A stretch of DNA of 64,000 bases from the NCBI GenBank assembly GCA_013265495.1, contig MU058824.1, positions 744,001 to 808,000 of the forward strand, written 5' to 3'. This document shows, piece after piece, positions 51,324-64,000 of the stretch; position 1 is the first letter of the stretch; every line of letters begins with the position of its first letter. The position numbers were made by a program, and so were the translations under genes. The DNA comes from Vicugna vicugna. Its lineage: Eukaryota. The notes under the pieces are model-generated. The model was given only the letters and a program-made list of their open reading frames with translations. It did not search any database and was not told the origin of the DNA.

Positions 51324-52313
51324 AAGAAATTATCCTGATGGCCCTTGGAGGGTGGGAAGGATGGAAGTTTAAAGTCAGTTGATACCAGGACTGATATATG
51401 AATCCTATTAAGTTCTGTGCATTTCCTAGTCAGTGTTAACATTGTAGGGTGACTTTATGTCCATACTCTGGGCATCGGTATATAGATATCCAAGGATAAA
51501 TGGGTTGCCTTTCCTATTGGATTCTCATCACTACTGAATACTTCCTATATCTTCTGTATAAAATCTGTTCTAAACTGATTTAGAATTTTCCTGGCACTTT
51601 TATTCCTTTTCTTTCAAATTTTAACTTAAAGCAAATGATTATTAGGGCTACGAGGGCATAGTCCATGTTTATTCACTGCTGTATCTATAGCTCCTTGGAG
51701 AATGCATGACACAGCTTAACTGCTCAATGTTTTCTTGGGTTGAGGAAGAATTTTATGGTTCTGATAGGAACCCCCTGTACCTTTCCAAAAGCCCATTATC
51801 AGCCATAGTCCTGAACACCTAACTCTCCCACCCCTCTATGTATCTAAATGCTCACTTCTTACAGTTGCTTGTCTTTCAGGGTTGTACTTTTCAACTGGAA
51901 GAAGATGTGGATCCTCTAGTATTTCAGTGTTTAATCCCATACTTAAAAGTGACAAGAGAGATTTCCAGTCTTTTAGATACGTTATGGATCCATAGATGTG
52001 TGTAGTAGTCAGTGAGTTTCAGAACCCTGATCATCTCTGTGATATCTCATGACTGTGTATCCCTCACACCCAGTCAATCCAGGCTGCCTGCACACCCATC
52101 AACAGAGACAAATCAACTCTGGTAATAGAACACTTCCTCTAGGCAGCTATACCTGATTTCTTGGCACTACTAGTACCAAAGAATCCTTATTTTATTGGAC
52201 AGTTGATTACTCGTTTTGGCGATCTTTTTTTTTTTTACTGTTTTATTGTTTCTTATGTATATATCTTATTCTTTCTTCTCTCCTCACTGTGGTATATGTT
52301 CCTTAAGCACAAA

Positions 52314-52798
52314 TGTAGAAACAAAGACCACCCAAATGAGAATAAACAAAGGCTATTTATTCAGAATTTGCTATTGCAAGGGAGTTAGCTACCATCGCTT
52401 GGGTTTGGCAGAGATTCAAAGGCAGGCAGGGGAGTGGAGAAGCTTTATAATGGGAAAAAAGGAAGGCTTCAAGTATGTCCTGCCTGGAGGCTGTTGGCAT
52501 GGGGAAAGTGGAGGCAGACTAACTAGACGCAGGACATCCTACATGGTTGGCTAGTAGCAAATATTTGGCTTTTTCTGGTTGGTCCTAAGTTGGAAGCCAG
52601 AACAAAAATCAGGGAGGCTATCAGTTATCAATCAATCCCTGCCATTTTGGGCTGATTGCTGCAGGAGTTGCTGTTTGGCTTCCTTGACTGTTGGTTGTAG
52701 ATAGTGGGTTGGCTTCCTAGACTGACGGCTGGAGTTTGTGGGTGAGAGTTTTGTCTTTATATATCTGGCCATTGTCCATCTGTATACTGTCTCCCACA
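52314..52798 (-). mobile_element. ERV solo LTR (ERV1 class, MER89/MER90/MER110-like)
   Basis: TG...CA termini; minus strand GGACAATGGCC...TATATAAA...AACTCTCACCCACAA, repeated GGAAGCCAA units, AATAAA near the 3' end; interrupts an L2 tail. Confidence 0.7.
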
Positions 52799-55700
52799 GG
52801 GACCATGTCTTATGCTTCTTTTATACCTGGCCTTCTTCCATGCTCTCCTGGTCCTCCAGTGTTTATCACGTGCCCAGGCACAAAACAGGTGCGTCGTAAA
52901 CATTTGGCCAAAGGATGTGGCAGCACTTCAGGTAGAAATGAGTAATGAGCTGTAAGTTCTGTGGTTGTTACTTTTTGGCTTAGGCAAGTCACTCAGTTCC
53001 ATTCCAATGTATTCCTTTCCATCCTTGTGCCATATATGTCAGGCCCTAGAAAACATGCTGATGTCACAAAGAAGAGGGATATAAAATTCCTGCTCTCAAA
53101 TAATCCTCCAAATACCCCTCTCTAAACTTAAAGTTTTCATCTATAAAATAGCAACAGTAATTGCATGGAGTTTTTGTGAGAGTAAGGCCAGATAAAGTAG
53201 ATGAAATCATGCAGTAAATTGTAAAGTGCTATAAAATGTGAGGAATTTTTCCTATTTTAAATGTTTAATAATTATTTTCCTGAAAAGACAAAGTAACTCC
53301 AGAAGTTGATGCATCTTGATAAACTTTTCCTCCAGCTTCTGTAAGTATGATTTATAACATGATAACCACACCATTTACAGAGAAACTCTGCATTTTTCTG
53401 GATGTTTACTTAGGAATCTGGGGTATAATTCTACCTCTGTTTTTTTAGAGGGTGATACACTCTCAAAAGACAGTGTAAAGGATTTCTAATTGCCAAACCG
53501 TCCTGTGAACTGGCCAATACGATTCCTTGAATCATCGCCCAGTGCGGACCCAATTTATATTTGGAATTTCATGCCATCTTGAAGGAACATCATCCAGTGC
53601 CAGGGTCTTCTAATTGGGCTTTGGCAGTGATGTCATTCCGTGGTGGGCGTTTGTCGAGTCTATGGCAGTGATAACTCAAATCTCATTTTCAGCAGCGTCT
53701 GCCCATGTGTGCAAAGAGGCTGCTCCCCTCCCTTACATGCAATTACTCCTCCTGCTGAAGTTTCACTTCTGGTCCCTTTCTGAAGATGGGAGATCAGTAA
53801 GCTATTTATACTCCATGGTTAGAAGCATTCCTCTCCTTCTAATCTGTGTACAACTATATCTTCTGTTACTAATATGGCTTAAAATAAAATTAGGGAGAGC
53901 AATAACCAAACTTATCAAGTTTTTGATAAGCAGGAGAGAATCATGGAATCATAGAGGAAAGTATCGCCTAGGGTGAAAATTATGGTCATTGGAATCCAGC
54001 AGACATGTTTTGAATGGCTGTCCAGCCAGTTTTGGTGTGTATGTTGGACAAGTTTGTTAAGCTATATGAGCCTCAGTTTCCTCATCTATAAGATGAAGAT
54101 AGTACTTTTTGCCTCATAGGGTTGTGGACTAAACGTGACCAGATTTATGACTATTTCTCTGTATCTGCTGACTTTCTATCCTCAGACTTTCTTTCTGTTC
54201 TGCCAAATAATCCTCATATCCCAAGACCACTGGGGAATAAGGAAGGATTTTCTGGTGATTTCCCTGGAGTCCCCAAGGTCCCTCCAGAACACTGTCCTCA
54301 GCCTCTCTTCCATTATTTCTGAACAACTCAGTTCTGCCCCAAATTTGCACACCGTTGTACAATCCACAGTCATCCTGCTACTCAGCAATTCAAAAGCCCT
54401 ACTATGAAATGAACATCTGCCTATCAGAAAAAATTTTAGCAGTTATGTGTTGTTACTTCAGTATGTCTTTTGGAGTCTCATTGCTCACTTAAATGGTCTA
54501 TCAAAATATTGCTTGCAGTTATATTCAAGTTTTCTCCCTGAGAAGTGTCCTAAAGGGGAATATAAAAACAGCTTCCCTAATATCACTACATTGGTCTTAT
54601 ATTATGTAATACATATAAAATACTTAGCCCAACACCTGCACAGAGTAGTACTCAACAAACAAAAGTTTGTTTTTTAGACAAAGTGAAAGCAAGGTGGTAG
54701 AGGTACATAGCTTTGATATCTCTGGAACAACTGCTTGACTTAAGAATTTGTGTCTTGTATTTGTCCCTTAATTATTAACATTCTATTAGAAAAGGTACTG
54801 ACAACCCTTAGCCAGAGATAGATGCCTAAGGCATGAAAGGCATCAAGGGCGTGTCACCTCGAGCTCAAACTCCCATCTGGAGACCTGGCCTCATCCCTGC
54901 CCAGATGGCTCAGTAAGCCTCATCTTTTCCTCCTTATACAGAGAGGCTAAATGGCTTTCCCAAGTTTACATCAGCCTCTAAATTACAAAAGCGTGGGCTA
55001 TAATGCAGTTTTAATAGAGAATATAAATACTTGACTATCATTCTATCTTCCCTAACAGGTAAGTTGCATGGACCCCAGTCCCCACACAATGTCCTGTGGT
55101 ATCTCAGTGCCTCTCAGGGAGTAGTTATTGATGGTTTTGCCAGGTTTATTTGAGAAGTCTCTTCTTTCTGGTTGTAGTAAATCTGTTTGAACTTCTTCCT
55201 ACCCCAGCATGGTTTGTCAGCTGTTCTGCTGGACTGGTGGTTTTTTTACCCATTTAGCTACAGAGAATGTGCTCTGGTCCAGACACTCAGCCAAAGGCTG
55301 AGGAAACAGGGGAGAAGGTATGGTTCTTAGATGGACCCAACTGTAAGTCACAAGGAGTGGTCAGCTGCATAACACTTGATGCACTGAGCATTCAAAGCAG
55401 GGCAGGATGGGAGAGATTCATTTGCCTATAGAGCAGGGAGCCAGGGAAGGTGTCGAGAGCCCTGACATTTGAGGTGGGCCTTGAGGAACAAGCAGGGATT
55501 TTGCTAGGCCACAAAGCAGATGATGAAAACCATTCTAGACTTTTTGGGTGTGCCAGCCAGAATCAAACTGAGAACTCCAAGAGGGAAAGGAAACTCAAGG
55601 GGACAGAATTAAGGCCTTTTATTATATCATCTCTTCCCATGTGAAGACCCAGCTCAAGTACTGGAGGGCTTTGTACTTCCCTTTAATAGGGAAGATCATT

Positions 55701-55852
55701 CCCTTAAAAATGAGGGTTCTTTTCCTCCTTATATGGAGAGGTTAAATGACTTGTCCAAGTTTGTATACTTAGTAGGTAACAAAGCCTAAATCCAATGCCT
55801 ATAAAAGCCTAGCCCCTAGTTCATTGTCAATAATCAGTATTTATTGCATGAA

Positions 55853-55895
55853 CAATGAATGAATGAATGAGTGAATGAATGAATAAGTGAATGAA
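55853..55895. repeat. (ATGA)n tract, probably an L2 tail
   Basis: AATGAATGAATGAATGAGTGAATGAATGAATAAGTGAATGAA preceded by an L2-like end. Confidence 0.8.
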
Positions 55896-56369
55896 CAACC
55901 CCAGTTCTCCTGCCTCTCATATGGTATGATTTCTGCTACTTGACACTTCTTCTTTTTAAAAGATTTTTCAGTCAAACTGACATTTCTTTTTGCTGTAGTT
56001 TGGTCATACTACTAGCGAATTATTATCACCACCTGTAGCAGAATCCCATGGGATATACCTTGAGGCCTTTGTGACTCCTCAGATTCATGAAAGCATCTAT
56101 AACATATAAATTTTTCTTAATACGAGAATTTTACACAGAGCAGGGAGTCCACCAAACAGTTTTTAAAACTGTTTTCTATTCTTTCGGCCTCCAGTCCCAA
56201 TACCTTTCCATCCTTCCTGCTCAGGGCCATCAATAGCTTGGCCTCGTTGCACTTTGAACTACACCCCCTCATATGCTTTCCATGTGGTGTTTCTATGGTT
56301 TGTAGGCCAAAGTTGCTTCCCCTGCCCAGGGTTAGAGGCTCCAACCTGCCTTCTCATCCTTATCTTCCA

Positions 56370-57368
56370 CTTCATTTGTTCTTGTATTCACTCGACAAAT
56401 ATTTATTGAGTACTTCTTAGGAGTCATACCTTGTACTGGGTACTGAAGGTATAGGGGTAAAGAGGAAAGACGTACAGTTTCACTTCATGGAGCTCATTAT
56501 CTAGTGGACGAAACAGTAATAAATGAAAGTTATATTGTGTAATGTTTGTTTTGTGTAATGGCAGTTTTGATAAGTGCCACAAAAGGGAAGTATAGGATGG
56601 TGAGGTTGATTAGCAGGGGAATCTAATCTACTTAGGAGGCTCAAGGCCAGCTTCCCTGAGGGACTGAATTTAGGGGAATAGGAAATGGCTCAGCAAAGAG
56701 ATCAGGGAGGACTTCCTGGCAGAGAGCACAACATTGGTAAAGTCCTTGAGGTAGGACAGAACTTGGCTTTTCCAAGGAGATTTAGAAGGTCTCATGTGGC
56801 TGTAGTGGCTTGGTGCACAGCAGCCCTGCAATGGCTTCCTATTGCATGGAGAGCAAAACCCAAACTCCTTGTTCAGTGAACAAGACCCCTCATAGTCCAG
56901 GGCCCTACCACAGATCAGGTCTTATTTCTGCACTCACCCACCCACCCCCCACCAGCCTCATTTTGCTATTCTTCAAAAATGGCAAACGTAATTCTTTTTC
57001 TGGGCACTTGTATTTTTTTTCTCTTCTACTTATGACACCCTCATACCAGATATCTTCATAGCTCACTCCTTCATTCCGTTTGTGTTTGTGCTTAGATGTT
57101 ATCTTATCAAAGAGGCCTTCTCTGATCACTCTTCCGATAACAATGACCCTCCACCACTCTGAGTCCCATCACTCTGTGTATTGTTTTGTTCATCATGTTT
57201 ACTACCACTTGCCATATCATTTTTATTTGTTAATGAACTGTATGTCTCCATTACCTTGTAAGGGTTGTGAAGGCAGCTACTTTCTTGATCGCTGTATCCT
57301 CAGCACCTAGAACATTGCCTGACTCATAGTTGCCCCTCAATATATAAGTGTTAATAACAGTTGAATGG
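56370..57368. mobile_element. Two opposed LINE-2 fragments (minus 56370-56800, plus 56830-57368)
   Basis: CATTTGTTC...ACAAATATTTATTGAG; then CAATGGCTTCCTATTGCA...CAGCACCTAGAACATTGCCTGAC.CATAG...GTTGAATG. Confidence 0.75.
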
Positions 57369-58894
57369 GAAGAGTGATACGAGACCAGACTGGAGAGAAA
57401 GCCAAGAGCCAGACCCCATGGACACATACCATGTGCTTTCATGCCCAGAGGGGCTTTGCTCATGCTTTTCCCTCTGCCTGAAATGCTCTTCCTCACCCAC
57501 TTCCATTACCATCTCCACCAACAGAAGTCCCAATGACATAACCCATTGCTAAAACTTCCACATGGCATTTTTAAAATTTCTCTTTGGATTCTGGTGAGTG
57601 AAGTGTATGTTTGACTCTTGTCCCCAGTGCAGCATAGAGCTTGACCCAGAGTAGGTACTCAGAAAAATCTTTGCTTAATTGGGTGGCAGGGAGGCAATAA
57701 TCTAGGAGAGCTAATAATCCAAGCTAGTGATTATAACAAGGTCAGGGAGCTGAGCCAAAGTCATGATTGGATTTGAAGGAACATATAGTTAAGAGCAAAT
57801 TCATAGCTTGGTTGCCTGGTTTTGAATCTGGTGCTGTCAATTATGAGTGATGTTTTCTATTAAGAAAGTCCTTGGTTTTCTTATCTGTAGAATGGGCATA
57901 AAGAACACCTCTGTCATAAAATCATTATGAAATTTACATTAATCACTACATGAAAGTTTTCAAAATAGTGCAAGAAACAAAATGAATGCTATGTACGTAT
58001 GTTGTTTAAAAAAATAAATAAAGGAAAAAATTCCTGTCTGCGGGCAGGAAACTCAAAGTCTAGGGGAGGCCTGAACTTGGTAGAGGGGCAACATCTGAAG
58101 ATGCACTTGGGAACCTGGGTAGGAGACTATGAGAAGGAGATCTTGGGAGCCAAAGCCCAGTCCCAGCCCGTGCTTCAGCTTGTCATTTTACAGAAGGGGA
58201 GACTGAGCGCAAGAAGCGTCTTTCCCAAGCTCCCACCATGGCAGAGGAATGCTGACAACTCATGTGGCTCCCAGAGTAATGCTCCCCCTGCTGTTTTCTC
58301 ACAATGTATCTGTGGGCTCTGACACAATAACTGATATCCCAGATGGTGGTTTATTATTTATTTTTCTTGTTTATTTCCCTCCTTATTTCTCAGAACAGTT
58401 AGGTAGGAAACAATAGGACGTAAACTGTGGATTAAAAGCAATATTAGGACTAGGAAAGGTACACATTAAAAATAAGAGACCAGAATGGTGGTGAAGTGGG
58501 ATAGGAAAGAGCACTGATGACACTCAGAATACAAGGGTCTGCATGGCTGTTATTTTCAAGTGCACATTAAGTTCTGAGCTTCCTAATGGCCAAAGTGAAA
58601 AGACACACGTGGTTAGTTATATAGAAGAGAAAACCAAAATGTTTTCCTAGTTCTTAGCCCTAAAAGAAGTTTCTCATTTGTACCAGGCTCTTTAGGAAGA
58701 CATTGAAAGCTAACTTTTCCATTTTTATGCCCTGAGGCTGTCTTGGCTGATGGGTTGTTGAGATTTCTTCCCCAAGGTGGTTGTAAGTTCTGAATTTGCG
58801 TGAAAAATCTTAGATCCCCATTCTGACTCTGCTGTGATTTGGGGTTCCCCTGATCAGCTAAGAACTACATTTGTGATTCAACCTCTTAGAATTT

Positions 58895-59065
58895 CATGGT
58901 TCTTAAAGACCTTAAAGGTCAAGTCTAACATCCCCATCCTATTCACCTTCTGATGTTTGAATCTTCTCTCCAACAACTCCATCAAGTGGCCATCCAGCTT
59001 TTTCTTGAATGCTTCTGGGGACAGGGAGCTCATTACCTATAAAGGCATCTCATTCATCTATCAAT
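58895..59065 (-). mobile_element. L3/CR1 LINE 3' fragment
   Basis: AAGACCTTAAAGGTCA.GTCTAAC...CATCCAGC...CTTGAATGCTTC.GGGGACAGGGAGCTCATTACCT. Confidence 0.7.
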
Positions 59066-60031
59066 GAAGTTTCATATTCTATTGAGTTGACATCTGAATC
59101 CTGGCCGTACTTATTGAAAGAGACTTTTCATCACTTAGGAAAGAAACCAAGTCAAATTGGCCAGCAGGAAGAAACTCTGGGAATCCTGAGCTTCATTAGA
59201 AGTAGACTTTTGTTCAAATAAAGTGTTAAAATTAAAGCAGTATATATCTGAGTGGGGCCAATTGGCATAAACTCATCACAGCATATGGTGTGCTTCCTTT
59301 TATATGCATGTTTAGCAGCTAGTGGGTACCAAACCTCACACAGCTCCCAATTGCTAGCACTAATGAAGGATCTGTTTGCTTTGGGGGATAAAGATGGTAT
59401 CACTGATTCACAGTTGTTTTTCCAGGAGTGAGGAACAGATTTCGCTTCCTTATCCACACTCTCTTGCTTGGTCCTTTCTTGTCCCCACTACCACCGCCCT
59501 ACTTCAGACCTCATTGTCTCTTGCCAGGACTGTTCACTTGTCTCTAACCAGCCTCCCTGCCTCAATTCTGGCCCTTTCTGGTCTAAGGTCACACTGTCAG
59601 CCAGAGAGATTTTCATTAAGCATAGATTTGCCATATCACTTCAGCTTGAAATCCTTCAGTGGTTCCTGTTAGTTCCAGCATGGAGTCCAAGCATTTGGAC
59701 ATGTAAGGTGGGCAGGGCAGGACAGGGGGTTAATTGTGGCCCTGGAATAAGGCAAAGCTCACTGTCCCTCATTCAGGGGCAGTTGAGCCCCCAAAGTAGT
59801 GTAAAGCCTCTGGAACAATAGCATGCATCTGTATAGCTTTACAACAGCCACAGGCTTTTCACACAAAAATTAATTTTGTCTCCAGTTAACAGAAGAAGAA
59901 ACAGAGACTCTCTCAATTCTACTCCTATTAGTGCTACTATCACTGATAACAATATTGAATGGTTTCATAGCACCGTCTATGTGCCAGGTTCTGTTTCTAA
60001 GCACTTTATTATTTCATTCAATCTTCATAAC

Positions 60032-60117
60032 AAGGCAATTGCATGACCCTGAGAGTGAGCACCTCCTTACATTTTGTGCCCTGCTGCCACCCCGTCCGTA
60101 CCTGAGTCTCAGCCCTG
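60032..60117 (-). mobile_element. MER81-like hAT-Blackjack MITE
   Basis: Reverse reads CAGGGCTGAGACTCAGG...AGGGCACAAAATGTAAGGAGGTGCTCACTCTCAGGGTCATGCAA. Confidence 0.7.
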
Positions 60118-61439
60118 GCAGGACTTGTGTGTCACTGCCGCATGGAGCAGGCTTCGGGGCACAGGTGGGGGAAGTCTCAGATGGAAAGTCTGGTCCTAGC
60201 CAAGGTCCAGCCTCACGGCTGGCACTAGGATCGGAAGGACCGACCTAGAGCTTTGTGGCCCATGTTGGAGAGCCAGGAGGTCATGACTGCAGTGGGCAGC
60301 ATGGCAGAAAGGAAGACTGTGGGGCTGGGAGCCAGGTTTCTGTGTGTGTGTACCACTGATGGGAGGCCACGTGCAGTGTTTCCTTTCTGGACCTCAGTTT
60401 CCTCCTCTGTACAACCAGGTGTTAAGGATCCCTGTCTCCTTCCCAGGTTCAGTGTCTGATGGACAGTAAAGTACCAACACAGCATGAGGTGGGGAGAGGG
60501 TGGCCAAATGGGTATGAGGAGCCTGGGGTCCAGCTTATGCCCACACAACTTCTCCTTTCTGGGGAAGACTTCGTGTCTCAATAAGATGGATGAAACGACT
60601 CAGCTTGATGAAGGCAGCTGTGCTTCATGTGCACAAGTAGGAGACAGTGCCCGTCCCACCATCCCAGCCCACAGGCAGCCCCATGGCCTTCAAGTCAGAG
60701 CCCCAGCTCTGCCCTTTCAATGAACACCTCTTTCAGCTCAGTCACATTGAAATGTCTCCTTCTTCCTTGTAAATCCAGGGCTGTGTCCCCGCCAGCCTAT
60801 CCCATCACTCACACTTCCCCTGGATCTTACAACATGCCACTTCCTCAAGACTTGGAGGCCCACCTTAGAAAGTGTAAGATCCATGTTGATAACCAGCTAG
60901 GAGGCTAATTGAAAATATTTTCAAGTTGGCATGTTAGCTCTGTCAAATGAAGTAAAAAATCATTCTTATCTACCATAACCAACAGTTATGCAAATCTGCC
61001 AATTAATTAAAGGACTTCCTTACTTCTCAAAGCGTTTATCAAAAATGAGGAACAGAACATTCAGAGGCCTCTTTCATGCTCTCCCACAGACACAGCCCCA
61101 TCTGAATTAATGCTGTGTGGGGAGCGTCTGCCCTGGAGGGCAGAAGGAATTGGATTCCTAGTGGGCAGATATGTGAGTTCCATATTTGTGCAGCACCGTT
61201 TGTTTACCAGGTGTCAGCTCAGATGGGACAGGCCCCCCCAACCAAGTGAATCTTTACACGTCTCACATCATCACTTGAGATTTCCAGCCTCATCTTGACC
61301 CCATGTGGTTGGCAGAGTGGATGCTATCTACAGAACAATTTTACATTCACTATCCTTTTTGATCTTCACAGCAGCTCTGTGATATTAGTGATTATCTGTG
61401 AGTTGCAGGTAAAAATACTTGGACTTCCTTACTGTAAAA

Positions 61440-61638
61440 CAGGATGACCAAAATTTTTGTAAAGGCCACATAGCAAGTACCTTAGGCTTTGCAGGCCGTA
61501 AGGTCTCTGTCGTGACTCAGCTCTGCCATTGTAGCATGAAAGTGGAGATAGACACTGAATAAACAAACAGACATGACTGTGTCCCGATAAAACTTGATTT
61601 ACAAAAACAGGTGGTGGGCGTTAGTCTTCTGACTTCTG
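61440..61638. mobile_element. MER58A-like hAT-Charlie element with 8-bp TSD
   Basis: CAGG...TGTAAAGGCCA.ATAG.AA.TA..TTAGGCTTTGCAGGCC...CTCTGCCATTGTAGC...ATAAAACTT.ATTTACAAAAACAGG; CTGTAAAA at 61432-61439 and CTGTAAAG at 61639-61646. Confidence 0.88.
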
Positions 61639-62399
61639 CTGTAAAGCACTCAGATGGTGGCGAAGAAAAGATGTCGTTGATAAATAGAAAACCTGAATGA
61701 AGGTATTTATTATAAACTTAGTAAACATTACTGACCATCCATTAAATGTCTGGCACTGTGAGGGGTATGCAGGTAAATAAAAAATAAATCCAAGAGTGCA
61801 TAGTATGGCGAAAGAAATATTTCTATGGATTCACATCACTATCATGTGAGGCGCAGACTTCTCAGGACCATCCATGAGAGGAGGCAGGTGGGACTCAGAA
61901 TTCAGAACATCTGGAACAGCAAGGGGCTTTCTGGAGGAGGTTATAGGTTGGCTGGGCTTTGAAGACCAGCTAGGATGGAACGTGAAGCCTTGCCCGTGGG
62001 GCCAGACTTGTTGGAAGGTCAGTGTGATGGTGTTTGTCCTCCTCTTGCTGTTCCTCCAACCAGAAGGGATCAGGTGTGTTTGTAATCAGTGCCCCAGCGA
62101 GGGCCTTTGTAGGACAGGTGTGGCGGTGAAAGGCCATGGGGACCTGGGCTCAGGGCATATGGAAAGAACAGATCCAAATTAGGCCATGCAAGAGCCAACT
62201 CGTGTGACAGGTAATTATGGGCAACAAAGAAAGAGAAGTTGGGGTGAAAGGCGTCCCGTGGCACTGAGTCACAGGGAGGGGGCTGTGGCTGTGTGGAACC
62301 TTAGGTTGTAAGTCATAATGCTGTGGCTACAACCCCTGACTCTGGGTTCTGGGCCAGGAGGACTTCCCCACACCAATTACTATAAAAATGACCTCACTT

Positions 62400-62610
62400 G
62401 GGGCCCATGCCTGTGGTGCTTTGAGAACACAGGGCGTGTTCACAACCATTATGTGTTTATTTTCACAACAAAGCCTGTGAGGTTACTGCCAACATCCCCA
62501 TTTTACAGGTGGGGAAACTGCAGCTCAGAATAACGTGATGTTGTGCCCAAGAATTTGAAGCTAGATCTGTGTGACCTCAAAACTAGTGCTTTTCTCACTG
62601 TTCTCCACTG
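62400..62610 (-). mobile_element. MIR SINE
   Basis: CACAACAA..CCTGTGAGGT...CCCCATTTTACAGGTGGGGAAACTG.AGCTCAGA. Confidence 0.8.
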
Positions 62611-64000
62611 CCCCACAGTACATGTGCTGGGTGTTAGAAGAGTGAGAGAATTAAAAAACATACGTCAGAATCCTAATCAAGAAAGGCCACTCCTGTGGAT
62701 TTAGGGCTCAGAAGAGTGCTATGGGAAGGAGGCAAATTCCCACCCGATCAGAAGCTCTGGGTCCCATGAAACGTACTTCCCTCCTTGGCTAGCTGGCTGC
62801 AGGGACTAAGCGATTCAGCTCCAGGCTGTCTCCTTACACTCTCAGAGCACATCCCCGCCCGTGTGGCTGCCAGCTGGTGGGTCTGGGAGTGCTTCTGGGC
62901 TCTGCCCCCTTTGCCTCTAGCTTTTACTCTCAGCCTGATCTCTCTGGCTTCTAGCTCTTTCTAGACAGTACCTTTGGATTAATTATTTCTTTGGGCAGTT
63001 TTTCAGTATCGACATCCACAAGCAGGCCTCCGTGCCTATCCAGAGGACTGCATGCGCAGTCCTCACGTTTGTGATGAGTCCCAAAGCCTATTTTTAACCC
63101 CATCTCTAATCCGGGTTATGCACACAGTCTCAGCCAGACACTGCCAAGCCTGGGAGAAGACTCCTTCACACAGCTGAAAATTGGGTCTCCTTATGAGACC
63201 AGAGTCCTGATGGTGTAATACCTAAGCTGATCATTTCTACGATTGGTTTGAAGAGTAAACAAACACACATTGCATTGTACATGTGGTTTAAAAGCCATAA
63301 TTTTTAGGAAGCAAATATTTCAGAGATACCATGATTTATTTGGCCCCATTTTTGCATTTCTTTCTTTTTATTTAAAGCACTTAAAGCCTCAAACATGAAA
63401 ATGCCCAGGATTTCTCTTGACCCCTGAGGAGCCCTGGTGTTCCAACACCCCAGTTTCTGGGAATAGGAATTGGATGGAGACTCCTGCCACTTGCCTTCTG
63501 TCCAGCTCTTGGTTAACAGAACAGCTCTCAGCTCAGTCTCCCAAGTTAGAACCCCCTCTTCAGTGAGCGCTTCTGCCCACACCGCCACTGCCTTCATCTG
63601 GTCTTCTTCATCTTTCTCTTGGACTGTTATTTAAACATTCTGGAACGTGATCTTTCTGTTACCAGTTTCTTCCCATGCACTCCATTTTCCACACTGCTCT
63701 TAGAGGGATCGCTATAAAAAGCAAATCTAATCGTGGCTGAAAAACCTCAGTACCTTGGTTTTACTCCCAGCTTAGTTGGGGTGGGGTTTCTTTGCTGCTG
63801 TCATTGCCCATGGTGACTTCTCTCACACAGAAATGTGGGCTGGGGGATGGAGATGAGGGGGCAGTGCAAGACACAGGACCCCTCTAGTCCCAGAGAATAG
63901 AGGCAACTGAGGCCAATCCCTTCCCGGTGTTCCCCTCCCCAGCCTGCCCCACCAGCCTTCACCAGACCCATCAGCCGGACCATGGACAGTGGTGTCATTC

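Noticed and set aside
55727..55736. Perfect CArG box CCTTATATGG
   Set aside because: Single motif inside a MIR-derived segment; chance occurrence is likely
1..64000. CRISPR arrays, tRNA/rRNA genes, NUMTs, non-retroviral endogenous viral ORFs or a novel multi-gene system
   Set aside because: No repeat-spacer periodicity, no recognisable structural RNA or mitochondrial sequence, and no long ORF beyond L1- and JAM3-derived pieces

Overview
Mammalian, mostly non-coding genomic DNA. The lineage is inferred to be camelid or another cetartiodactyl from the young L1 3' tails and the absence of Alu, B1, Bov-A, PRE and CAN SINEs. No intact protein-coding gene, RNA gene or CRISPR array is supported. 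Bases 1 to about 7.6 kb are stacked, AT-rich, minus-strand LINE-1 fragments of several ages. The rest is ancient MIR/L2/L3, MaLR/ERV LTRs and hAT/Tigger/mariner fossils, plus five younger 5'-truncated L1 3' ends, four with clear target-site duplications (TSDs). The main non-TE feature is a ~335-bp intronless, frameshifted retrocopy of the 3' coding part of JAM3 (JAM-C) at 37656-37991, inserted inside a MIR. It lacks the last codons and 3'UTR, is CpG-rich, and carries a 13-nt GC insertion overlapping a perfect EGR1 site. I found no evidence for a novel biological system. Repeat subfamily names come from recalled consensus motifs and need RepeatMasker/Dfam confirmation.
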